From NCBI GenBank assembly GCA_028023455.1, contig JAQFVV010000009.1:2914001-2978000 (forward strand): a DNA stretch of 64,000 bases, read 5' to 3'. Below the pieces are notes generated by a model, which was not told where the DNA came from, made no database searches, and saw nothing but the letters and a program-made list of their open reading frames with translations. Below are positions 1 through 11,121 of this stretch, piece after piece. Origin of the DNA: Epiperipatus broadwayi (lineage: Eukaryota > Animalia > Onychophora). Each line of letters opens with the position of its first letter. The first letter of the stretch is position 1. A program made the translations under genes and the position numbers.

Positions 1-1
1 G

Positions 2-118
2 CGCACATGGGTTTATTTTGAAAGAGTCCTTGTGATAGAGTTTGATTCCTATGCCAAAAGATATAAAGTTTTTATGCTGCTGAGAAGATTTCCTCATTTT
101 GGTTTCTGTGGATTACAG
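2..118 (+). CDS. Possible internal exon of an unidentified gene (truncated by window start)
   Basis: 39 stop-free codons (RTWVYFERVLVIEFDSYAKRYKVFMLLRRFPHFGFCGLQ) ending at CAG|GTGAAT, followed by AT-rich intron-like DNA. Protein not recognised. Confidence 0.3.
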
Positions 119-3100
119 GTGAATAGAACTTGATTTTAATTTTTAAATATATAAGTCCACTTCTTGTTGCATTTTTTTTTTAGTTCACTTAATATTCATA
201 TTTAATGCTTTATATGAAATTATAGTGTTCAGATTTAATGCTTTATATAAAAAAAATCAAAATTTAGATTTTCTTATTTTCTGTAGTTTAAATTTTATCT
301 TTTGCCGATTTCTGATAAATTAGTAAAGACAATTATGATGTTGATTAATTTCCGGGGATCTGATGCATACCTAACTTAAACTTTACTCGAGAGTCATTGC
401 TTTTCTATATTATTAAATTTGGAAAAGGTTATCTTTCAAGAGACAGACAAAATAATAATAATAAACGATTTCTTCCTTTTCAAAAAAAAAGTCTTTTTTT
501 AAAACTTTTCCAGCAAGCTTCTCTATAATCGATGATGAGAGACTTGCAAGAGAGATTGAAATAAAACCAGCTAAAGTTATTGAGATAGCGCTACCCCTCC
601 ACAAAGGAGCAGAGCTCTTATAGTGTCTGGCATCTTTCACTTCCCTCCCCTCAGGATGACCTTCTAATGTCTGGTCAGTGTTTTCCGATTAATTGCCTAT
701 CTTTCTTTTTCTTTGTCGTCATTTTAAACTTCTGCTCTCTCTCAAAAAAAAAAACACATACCCAATTTATATCTGCATTCCAATAGATAATCACCAATTA
801 ATTTTAAACTTAAATTCTTGTCATTATATATATCACTTAAATCACTTTTGTAATTACTTTAGTAATTCTACACTCGTAGAAATCACATCAAAGAACAAAT
901 GACAGAAATCTCTCTCCTCAGAATAAATAACAGAAAGCTCACTCTCCCCTTTTACTTTTTCTATAATATAATAAAAAAAATGTATAGCAGCCCAACTTCA
1001 AACCCAGAATCTTGACCGAAATTTTGGCTGCTATGAATAGACTATTAAAACGAATTAATTTCTTCCTTAGAATAGTTCCTCATGAGAGACACGGAATAAT
1101 TATTATTTACTTGTGAACTTTATAATTAAAATCTATAACTAGATCAAATACACACACATATATTTCATATACAATTTTTTTAATTAAACAGATTGTTTAA
1201 TATTTTAATCCTTAAATCATTTTTTTTTTTTTTACAATTTAATATCATGAACTATTTATTTCTAACTTGTCAGTGTAAAACTATGACTATCCATTTTTAC
1301 TCTCTAAAGTAGTTCTATAAACCGCACATCCCTCTCTCTTCTTTTCAATCTCCAACTATTAAACGATGTATAAATATTGCCTATCTAATAAAACATCAGT
1401 AATATTAAATTGTCTCCATAAATCAATATTAAATCAAACAATCTTTTGTCTAGAAATCTTTTAATGACAAATGTTTAGATTGCCTACCTAGTAAAACTAC
1501 GCAATCCCTATGAATATGAGTTCAAACCTAGCCTTGGTAAAAAAGTTTGTCTATTGAAGAAAAAAATATATACAAACTATGAGGAAAATTTTTATTAAAC
1601 ATTATCTCTACATATTTAATTCAAAAAATGGAGTCTTGGGCAAACCCAAGGGCTACAATATATATATATGATTCAAAGCTGTGATTGGTTATCACACTCA
1701 TACAGTTGGTCAGAGCAACAGTGAATTAATGCATTTTCCATAATTCGTCCAATTATATACTCGTCTAATAACTTACTAAAGTAGGCAATATTGTTTACTT
1801 CCATCATTGTAAATCCTTTAACCTAAGACAGGATGACTTTACTTTAAAATTATGAAAGCTAATATTACTTTAAATAACGCTATGCCTCGCTGTAAATAAT
1901 TTAGTAGTCAAACTTGCAGTAAAATAGAATAACACATGCAATATGGTAAAATATGATTTAATATATTTTAGTAATCAAACATGTAAGTAATTATTAAAAA
2001 AGTTAACTTACTAAACTTTGCCAGAAAGCTTACAAAAATTATAATTAAGTTCCATCCAATCTATTTTGGACTTTCTGTGGTAGATCACTCTGAAAATTAG
2101 TGTGAATGAATACATCAAGATAAGATCATAATATCCACTAATGCGGAGCATTAACTATTTTTCTGTTCAAAACAAATACATTTTCATCAAGCTGATACAG
2201 GCAGACATTCCTGCAGATGAATCCAGGCTTTTACATGAGTCTTTTTTTTCAATTTTTTTACTAAGTCAGTAATTTCACTAATATAATCCCCATTTCCAAA
2301 GCCATGCCATCAGATTATATTTCTAAATATATTTCCTTCGTTTTCACATCCTTCTGACTTTTGTACATTTTTAAAGATAAGTTTTAATTAAACATTTCAC
2401 TAATTCGTTGTTTGTTTTTTTTTGACTTTAAATAAACTTTTTATCAGAAAATATTTTTCCAATGCATACCAAATATATATTTTCAAGTATATACCTTCAG
2501 ATCATATATAGCATTCTTTGCCTCATTTCAAAATATAAAAGTAGGTGTTTTTTTCTTCTAATGTAGTTTGTCACGTAGTTTAAAACCACTTTTTCTTATA
2601 GCATATCATCTGTTACTGACTTCATCTAACTCTTGGTTCATTGGGTGAAAAGCTGTTGTTTTTTCTTTGTTTTGTTCCTCTTATTCCATCAGCTAGAGAA
2701 TTTTCATATTCAGAACTCTTTTTCAGTCATCATGGGAACTACAAACTCTTCATTTTTCATCCTTTCACAGAACATTTTTTATATGCTTCCATAATTCTTT
2801 TCCATCCCTTGTCAGAATTGTAACAATCTATCTAAATACTTGTTTAACTTCAATTTGATTCATTATTTATTCAAGTTGTTTTTGATCGAAACTTTATCTC
2901 TGATGGCAAACTCAAAAATATTTTATTGGATATTTGTTTCAAGTCATCACTGCCAGGATAAAATTTAGATGATTTCATCTAAAACTTTCAACCTAAACAT
3001 AATTTGCTGCTAATTTCCTGATGTTGATGGAGAAGAGCAATATATATCATTTCCTATATATTTATTTTTCTTTATTTATTCAATAATTCTTTCAGAAATT

Positions 3101-3559
3101 AGACTATCTTCTTTGCAAGTTCATTAGATTATTGACGAACAAAGTTAAATCAGTTCCATTATTAGAAACTAGTGTTTCTGAAAAACAATGATATAAAAAT
3201 ATTTTATGAAATTTTGCAATAATCTCATAAGAGCTAGTATTATTAATAGGTTCTATTAATTAACCCTGCCTATTGCTATGTTCATAATTTTCACAGAAGC
3301 TGCAGAAAGGAATTTACTGATAACTGAAAGTAGACTCTTTGATTCCTCTTGGTAGCCTTAAAGGAACTGAGCAGGGCATATTGCTAATGGTTCACTCCAT
3401 ATGTTATTGCAGGTGTTATTACTATATGATTATTCATATAGTATATGAACATAGATGAGCTGCTCATCCACACACATTAGCCAGCGTGGTGAGTTTATTG
3501 ACATTTTACCTTTACACACATTAGCCAGCGTGGTGAGTTTATTGGCATTTTACCTCTAA

Positions 3560-5345
3560 GATCAAAAGAACAACATGGTCTTTCTTCTCAGTTGCCTGAA
3601 AGCTCTTAACTGAAATCAGTTGAGTTTTATTGAAGGCAAAATAAATGTGTAGACAAGACAATTTATGAAAAAAGGAAGGAATATAGAAATGATGCATTAG
3701 AAGGATTGAACATCTTGAATTTTGTAAAATGGTGTGAAAGAGAGTTGATAATAAGAAAATATAATTCTGAACTAGCAACAAAAGCTATAAAAGAGAAAGT
3801 CTCAAGAGTATAAAACATCTTGGTATTGACAGGAAATTCATTTCTGCAATAAGAAAAAAGGATAGAACTATTATTAAAAAGAGAGATGATATCATAAAAT
3901 GTGTAAAAGAGTTCTATCAAGAATTATATTGTAATAAGAACAAGGAAAAGTAACTCCTATAACTACTATATCTTCTGAATTTCCCAGGATTTTAAATGAG
4001 TGAGACATGCAATTAAATTTATAAAGCAGGGAAAAGCTCCAGGTAATGATGGAATTATATAATCAATATCTTAAAAGGTGAGAAAATAGAAAAAAAATTG
4101 GCAGTTTTATAGCAAATGTTTAAATGATAAAGATGTACCAGATGACTGAAACAATGCAGAATGCAGTATTAATATTAATATTTAACAAAGGTGGTAAAAG
4201 AAGATATTAGAAATTACAGACCTATCAGTTCTATATCAAATTTTTACCAAAACAATTACAACTTGTCTACAGAAAATTATGAATTTTAACCAACAAAAAG
4301 GACAAGCTGGATTTAGAAGTGGTTTTAAAATGTACAATGGATCATATCCAAGTATTAAGAAAAGTTATAGCAAGAACCAATGAATATGAGTTACCATTAT
4401 GCTTTGGATTTGTAGATTATGAAAAAATCGTTGATTATACAAGCATTTCTTAAGTGATTAAAGCATTGGGTCATCAAGGTATAGACCCAGGATATTGTCA
4501 TATTCTGAAGGATATTTATAAAAATGCAACAGCAACAATTAGATTACATAATGATACTAAAATAAAATGGGAAGCTAAGAGAATAAAAGTAAATTATTTA
4601 AGTCAACTAGATTTTGCAGATGAGTAAGTTGTTTTTTCAAATAATGTTTTAGAGCTTCAGGAAATGTTACAAGAGTTATCAGATAAAAATAAGAAAGTAG
4701 GATTAAAGGTAAATGTTAAAAAGATTAAATTAATGTTCAATGGATTTTCTCAAAATAAGAAAATGATAAGTTAGAAAAACTTAACAACTACAAATATCTT
4801 GGTCAAATTATTACTACAGATGAAAACATAATGGATGAAATTAATCATAGAAATTAAACTTGGTTGAAGTGTTTTTGGTAGAAATAATTCAATATTAAAA
4901 GGAAATATGCCTATGTGTTTGAAAAGGAAGGTTTTTAATGTGTGTTACCAATTCTTACTTATGAATAGGAGACTTGGACATTTAACAGAAGACAATACAG
5001 AGATTTCAGATCACTCAATGAAGCATGGAGACATATATGTTAGGAATAACAAGAAATCGAAAATGAAATATATGGGTGAAAGAACAAACACATATTACTG
5101 ATATCATTGAAAGAATTAAGACTGAAGTGTAGAAGGTTAGACATATTGCTAGAAGAGATGATAACAGATCGATAACTGAAATTTTAAACGGGATTCCAAG
5201 AGATTACAAAAAATCTAGAAAGAGATCACATATGCAACTGATGACTGAAATATGACAGTGCGCTAGGGTGATGTGGAAAAGAGGCTAGAAATTGGAGATG
5301 GATTGAACTTGGAGAGACTTTCATCTTACAGTGATTTGATAATGT
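3560..5345 (+). mobile_element. Decayed RTE-clade LINE (RT region and 3' end)
   Basis: Motifs KEFYQELY, GKAPGNDGI, NYRPIS, QAGFRSG, VDYEK, QLDFADE and YKYLGQI in broken frames; boundaries approximate. Confidence 0.85.
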
Positions 5346-5449
5346 TTGAAAATGATGAAGAGTCTCACGGAGAATTGAATATATATTTCTTTCTCTTAAT
5401 TTTGATAGAATAACGCAACCACTTATTAATATTCTCAGACATTTCAAAA

Positions 5450-7640
5450 ATTTTCTTATCTGTACTCTTCAGAACCAATCCATAAATAATTGATATCGTT
5501 AGTCTTTCTATATTCAATTAGCCACTGCTTTATTATTCATGAAGATGTCTATCATAATTTTAATCCAAGTACATCAAATCATTCTTGGTCTTTCCTTTCC
5601 ATATTTTTAACAAGAATTTTAGCCATTAGTTTTATTTTTTAAACTATTATCTAATGCTTTAAATTCTGTTTGGCAATTGCTGGTGTTTTTTCATTTTAAA
5701 TTGTCATGCTTTGATATTATTAACACTCCCAACCTGTTATCTTTTTCCATAGATATAGATACAATATGTGGATTATGATTTTATCACATTCACTAATTAT
5801 AATGCCTTTTACAATTGTTTAGACATGTACTTTCTATCTATTTCATTCTTGGGATGACTGTCACTTTGACTATTTTCACTGATTTTTTTTGCAAAGTTAA
5901 CCTTTAATTTAATGCTCTGTTCTATCATGTTTTCTTTATCCAAATATTGTGACTGATAGGTAATATTAATTTTTATCTTTGGAGACTTTTCTAATAATTC
6001 TAGAAACAATTTATATCTAATTCCATATTTTGCATCTTCCTCATAGCATATAACAATATCACTAGCAGCTGTCATTGTTAACCAACATAGAAATTGCTCC
6101 AAGAGTTCCTTCTTCAGAAATGAGCCATATTTAAAATTTTGTGCTGAATTATTATTATATTTTTCCCTTTCTAGCTTCATAATGATTTCTAAAATGAAGC
6201 CTTCAGATGTGTCTAAATCAATGGTCTTTAACCACTGGGCCGCAGAACGTTTCTGGAGGTCCGTGCGCTAGACGGGGCAGAAAGTTTATAATAATAAAAT
6301 ACAGTAATAAGATTTTAAACTTTTAATTAATATAAACAATTTTTATTTATTTTTTCATCGCATTTTTACCCGATTAAAAAAAAAGAAACAGAACAAAAAC
6401 ACAATCTAATCAATCATATATAAATTAATTTGTTTTTCTATTTATCACAGACGTTTATGGGGGGGGGGGGCAGAAAAAGTTTTTTATTTTAAAACCCCCC
6501 CCAGTTGTCTTTTGATAGCCAATCACAGCCGCTTGTCAGCATTGTTAAAATAATAAAATGTAACGTGACTTTTTTTGATCTCTTAAATTTTTTCTACTCT
6601 CTTTTAATATTTCATTTTTAGTGTTTTTTTTTGGCTATACGATTTTTTTTGGGGGGATTTAACTTTATTTTTGAAATCAATTTTTATTACCTTTTGTTAA
6701 AAATAAAAACCAAAAAATAAGTTCTGTCTCGTAACTTTTACAAGGTATATACACCCTCTCCACCATAAAATAAAGTAAGATCAAAACTTTTGACTTTTTC
6801 AAGTTTCGTTTTCTTTTGTTTAAAAATACGCCCACTTTTTCTTTGGCCTATAAGGCGATATTTTTTTTGGCTTTATTTGTATATCGCTAAAATATTAAAA
6901 CTTTTATTTTTAAAGCCATGCAAGCAAGTAGTTGGTTGCAGACGGTTGTGGGTTCGCGTCCCGGACGATGCTATGACATATGAAAAAAAAAACCAATTTC
7001 TGTTACCTTTTTTTAAAAATAGAAACAAACAAAAAATAACTTTGGTGTCTATCTTTTGTCTCAGTGATGCAAAGTATTTTTCAATCGACCCCCCCAAATA
7101 AAAATAAAATAAGATCAAAACTTTTGACTTTTTCAACATTCAGGTGAATAACATTTTATTCTTGCATGTTTTAACAATGAAATAATAAATATAAAATGCA
7201 AGCACATTAATGAGAACGATTGTTATTGTACTTGTTTTCTGTAGCAGTATGACTGCGCAACTCGAGAAAGAGTGTTCAACATGTGAAGGTAAACAACACC
7301 ATTACAATAGACAATAAACTAGTATGCTGTTTTGGTCAGTTATAACAATTATGCTTATTTAAGGCTAAGCAGGTACATCTTTTAAGAAAATTTATATGTA
7401 AACTTCTACTGGTCCGCGAAATCTTATTCTTATTTTTGCCGGTCCGCAGGTGTGAAAAGGTTGAAGACCACTGGTCTAAATGGACATGTATAAAAATAGT
7501 TTGATATTGGGTTATTTGATCATAAGAATCTGTGTTCTTAATGTTTTATACTGTTGTTGGTCATTGCAAATTTCATTCTTTGCGTCATGATTTGCAAAGC
7601 AGCTGATATTAATTTGAAATTGTGTCAATTACTGTTTACC
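5450..7640 (-). mobile_element. Highly decayed LINE RT remnant interrupted by the hAT element
   Basis: The frame continues across the hAT insertion (QTIFIHVHLDTSEGF...); AASDIVICYEED resembles the RT (Y/F)ADD segment. Clade uncertain. Confidence 0.45.
6219..7473. mobile_element. Non-autonomous hAT-Charlie-type DNA transposon
   Basis: TIRs CAATGGTCTTTAACC / (rc) CAGTGGTCTTCAACC; perfect 8-bp TSD GTCTAAAT (6211-6218 / 7474-7481); subterminal GGTCCG motifs. Confidence 0.9.
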
Positions 7641-7933
7641 TGCATAGACAGACACACGGTAAATTTAAATATATAATGTCCCTGACAAATAGCTCCACAT
7701 AAGACAATATTTCTATTCCTTTTCTGTTCAAAGGGAGTTTCTTCTAGCCTATAGACAGTGCTATCTAGACCAGTTCAGGCTTTTTACACAATCCTATCTA
7801 TGACATTTCATTGATCAGTTATTTTACTAATACAAATAATGTAATATAGGGTATATGAGCACAGACTTTCACACCACCCACCTCTCTCCACTCTATCTAA
7901 TAACACTGATACACCTAAACACATATATGCTGA

Positions 7934-8007
7934 AAAGATAAATAATCACCAATATACGTATTTCATGCTAAACCAGCAATCATCAGTTGGTCTAGACTAT
8001 CATCTTT
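7934..8007 (-). ncRNA. Type I hammerhead ribozyme (family A, minus-strand copy)
   Basis: Exact reverse complement of 8830-8903. A third copy, 5'-truncated at the CTGATGA core, lies at 8402-8454. Confidence 0.85.
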
Positions 8008-8829
8008 ACACACATATATAGTATAAGTGCTCAGATATATATTAAGATAGACTATCCTCAAAGTTTAATGGACAGGCTTCAATCCACTCCAACTCTTCAA
8101 CCATCCATCCAATTGAAAATCTGATGATGGAATGCTCAAAGGCCACCCTGAGGCTGAGATTATTGTCACACCCATGTTGACCTAAGGTCAATCTGAACCC
8201 CACATGTACAGGACATAATCCATTTAATACATATGCAAGGATGGGCAGACATCTCTATAATGTAATAACTGAAACACAGGCTTGTTATATACCTGTGGCT
8301 ATATATATGTAATATAGGGTATATGAGCACAGACTTTCACACCACCCACCTCTCTCCACTCTATCTAATAACACTGATACACCTAAACACATATACGCTG
8401 AAAAGATAAATAATCACCAATATACGTATTTCATGCTAAACCAGCAATCATCAGGTGTATCAGTGTTATTAGATAGAGTGGAGAGAGGTGGGTGGTGTGA
8501 AAGTCTGTGCTCATATACCCTATATTACATATATATAGCCACAGGTATATAACAAGCCTGTGTTTCAGTTATTACATTATAGAGATGTCTGCCCATCCTT
8601 GCATATGTATTAAATGGATTATGTCCTGTACATGTGGGGTTCAGATTGACCTTAGGTCAACATGGGTGTGACAATAATCTCGGCCTCAGGGTGGCCTTTG
8701 AGCATTCCATCATCAGATTTTCAATTGGATGGACAGTTGAAGAGTTGGAGTGGATTGAAGCCTGTCCATTAAACTTTGAGGATAGTCTATCTTAATATAT
8801 ATCTGAGCACTTATACTATATATGTGTGT

Positions 8830-8903
8830 AAAGATGATAGTCTAGACCAACTGATGATTGCTGGTTTAGCATGAAATACGTATATTGGTGATTATTTATC
8901 TTT
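8830..8903 (+). ncRNA. Type I hammerhead ribozyme (family A)
   Basis: ACCAA-CTGATGA(8851-8857)-T TGCT GGTTT AGCA T-GAAA-T ACGT A-TA^TTGGT. Stem I ACCAA/TTGGT extends through a UAG bulge into AAAGATGATAGTC/GATTATTTATCTTT. Predicted cleavage after 8884. Confidence 0.85.
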
Positions 8904-9591
8904 TCAGCATATATGTGTTTAGGTGTATCAGTGTTATTAGATAGGGTGGAGAGAGGTGGGTGGTGTGAAAGTCTGTGCTCATATACCCTATATTACATAT
9001 ATATATAGCCACAGGTATATAACAAGCCTGTGTTTCAGTTAATACAAGTAATGATAATTCGATTTCCAGACATACTTTTCCATTATGTTTCTAAGTATAA
9101 TTTCTTCATTGTTTTCACATCTCAGCTGTTTTTCTTTATTTAATTAAATAACCTAATTAAATTTTGCAATAATTTCTTTATAAACATAGATAACAACTAT
9201 TGGCATCTATAAATTCAATCGTTTCAAATACATCTTTCAAAATTATTTTAAGTATATAATTTAATTAAATTAATCTAGTAAATAAATAATCGTATGATTT
9301 TATTTCGAGTATCAAAATTAACAGACTAGGCCATAATCTTAAATACCTCAAGTTCCAGTCTGCTAACCAATGCATCAAACTACGTAGAGCAGAGTAAACA
9401 ATCTATTTAAACTTATTAAATTGTTGGTCAAAACAGTATTTTTTCATTAGCTAACATTGAAAGAGTTTTGCATCCATAGTATCCAGACGATTAACGATAA
9501 TACTACACAGCAAGTAGGATTAATTCAATTTTGTTCAAATTTTTTGTTTCATGTTTAATGAACGCAAAATTAAATAACAATTTAAACTTAC

Positions 9592-9613
9592 CAGACTCTC
9601 TTTTGTCGGCCAT
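9592..9613 (-). CDS. Putative first coding exon of an unidentified gene (MADKRES...)
   Basis: AAAATGGCC start context, 7 codons plus 1 nt, then a perfect G|GTAAGT donor; CpG-containing sequence upstream. No downstream exon located. Confidence 0.5.
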
Positions 9614-10943
9614 TTTGCCTTTGCTAGCGCTACCTATAAAATATATTATATCTAAAGTCTACTATTGCTTATAAAATAGCTCGTGATTATTAAAATCAGA
9701 TTTCGTATCTTTGTTTTTATGTCCCTTTTTTTCTTGATAAATGCAATTTACTTATGTTTCTTGCAGTAAATATTTTATACCATAAACTTCCAAATAATTT
9801 AAAAAGTTTTTGTCTTCTTTTCATAACTAATAACACCCAAAAATTCTACCCCATTTTTTTAATAAGTTTCTCCGAGATGACTTTAAATTATTTAATTTAA
9901 AAAGCTTTTGTCCTTTTTTTTTTTTAATAATTAACAAACTTTAAAGACAAAAATTATACACTATTTTTTGAAATAATGGTTTTCCAGAGATAACGTTAAA
10001 TATTTATTTAGATTAAAAACATTCGACTTGGATTGTAATTTTTTTCATCTCATCTCCGAACTGTGATTTTTAAAAAAATTTTCAGGATTGCGCCGCTTAC
10101 GTAAGAAATGGTGTTCATGTGATGTTTAGTGGTTTATTAATTAGGCAGTGAAATTTTAGTATTCATTACTTATGATTATTTATGATTGCTAAATATTTGA
10201 TAGCGTGTTTTATCTTAATTAATTAAGTAAATTTAACTTTCAAACAAGTTGTTGAAGATCTCTAAAGTAATTTTATATCTACAATACATCCTTTATTAAC
10301 TAAACTTTCAGTTACTTATGCTTAAAAGATAGCCATTTTTACCACGTAAAAATAAATTGATACTAATACAAAAAATGGGAGTTATTTACAACTTTGTTAA
10401 AAATGATTCTTTAGATCTTTGAAAGTTAAATTTATTTAATTGCTTAAATAAGATGTACTATCAAATATTTAACAGACAAATAATCATAAGTAATGAAGAT
10501 TAAAATTATACCGCTGGACTAATTCGTTAGTACTCGAAAATTAAAAAAAAGAAATGAATATGTTACGTCACATTTCATGCTATATCAAATTTTCTACCGG
10601 AAAACGATGAGATTGTTCCATAGGATGGATATTATGACCAAATCATCATCGACGATTGTTTATCTTGCTTACCAGGCATGTATAGAATGACAGTTCTTTC
10701 TTGGGAGTGAGTGATAATGATTGGATTGTCCAAGAACTATATTCTCTTATAAAAAAAAATCTCATGTACATTCCAGAAAAACTTTGGAAGGTTATTGAAG
10801 CAACTGACACACTTGCTATACTCAATCCATTTTAAGAAAATCTGATAGCTTGAATCCTATTTAGACCAAGCTAGGTATCATTAATCTTATTACTATTTGA
10901 GTCAATTGGAGAATATCGACATAAATTATTTATATATCCTATC

Positions 10944-11121
10944 AAAACAGGCAAAACTCTCCATACAGTAGTGCCACTTTAGGCACTAGATGGGGATTTT
11001 ATGCACAAGCCTTCTGGCATCCATTGATTACTCTGGCTGGCACTGATTGACACTACTGTATGGAGAGTTTTGCAAGTTTTAATGATAGTTATGTGCAAGC
11101 ATAAGAAATGATCATGTGATG
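10944..11121. mobile_element. Family B 3'-tail insertion with short 5' inversion
   Basis: Same family sequence; inverted arm of about 35 bp; 9-bp TSD TATCCTATC (10935-10943 / 11122-11130). Confidence 0.8.

Larger units (their letters stand above)
7842..9039. mobile_element. Hammerhead-ribozyme element family A (Penelope-like/retrozyme): 468-bp tandem monomers arranged as a tail-out inverted array
   Basis: Period of 468 bp on each arm (7841/8309 and 8453/8921); strand switch at about 8454; 14-bp TSD with one mismatch (TAATACAAATAATG 7828-7841 / TAATACAAGTAATG 9040-9053); no long ORF; contains hammerhead motifs. Confidence 0.85.

Noticed and set aside
413-688. Minus-strand ORF with a hydrophobic stretch as exon 2 of the 9613 gene
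   Set aside because: No in-phase acceptor found; the candidate AG sites near 735-745 give early stops; no recognisable homology.
5236-5262. CTGATGACTGAAA as a hammerhead
   Set aside because: No room for stem II; it lies in the RTE 3' coding remnant.
8121-8200. CTGATGA inside the family A monomer as a second hammerhead
   Set aside because: No GAAA or stem III at a suitable distance and no stem I pairing.
7842-9039. CRISPR-like or satellite interpretation of the repeats
   Set aside because: Eukaryotic context, no repeat-spacer pattern, and a TSD-bounded single insertion.
10610-10850. Broken plus-strand frame (GWIL*PNHHRRLFILL...WIVQELYSLIKK) and an alternative exon-like reading
   Set aside because: Contains stops and no recognisable family; cannot tell a TE remnant from an exon.
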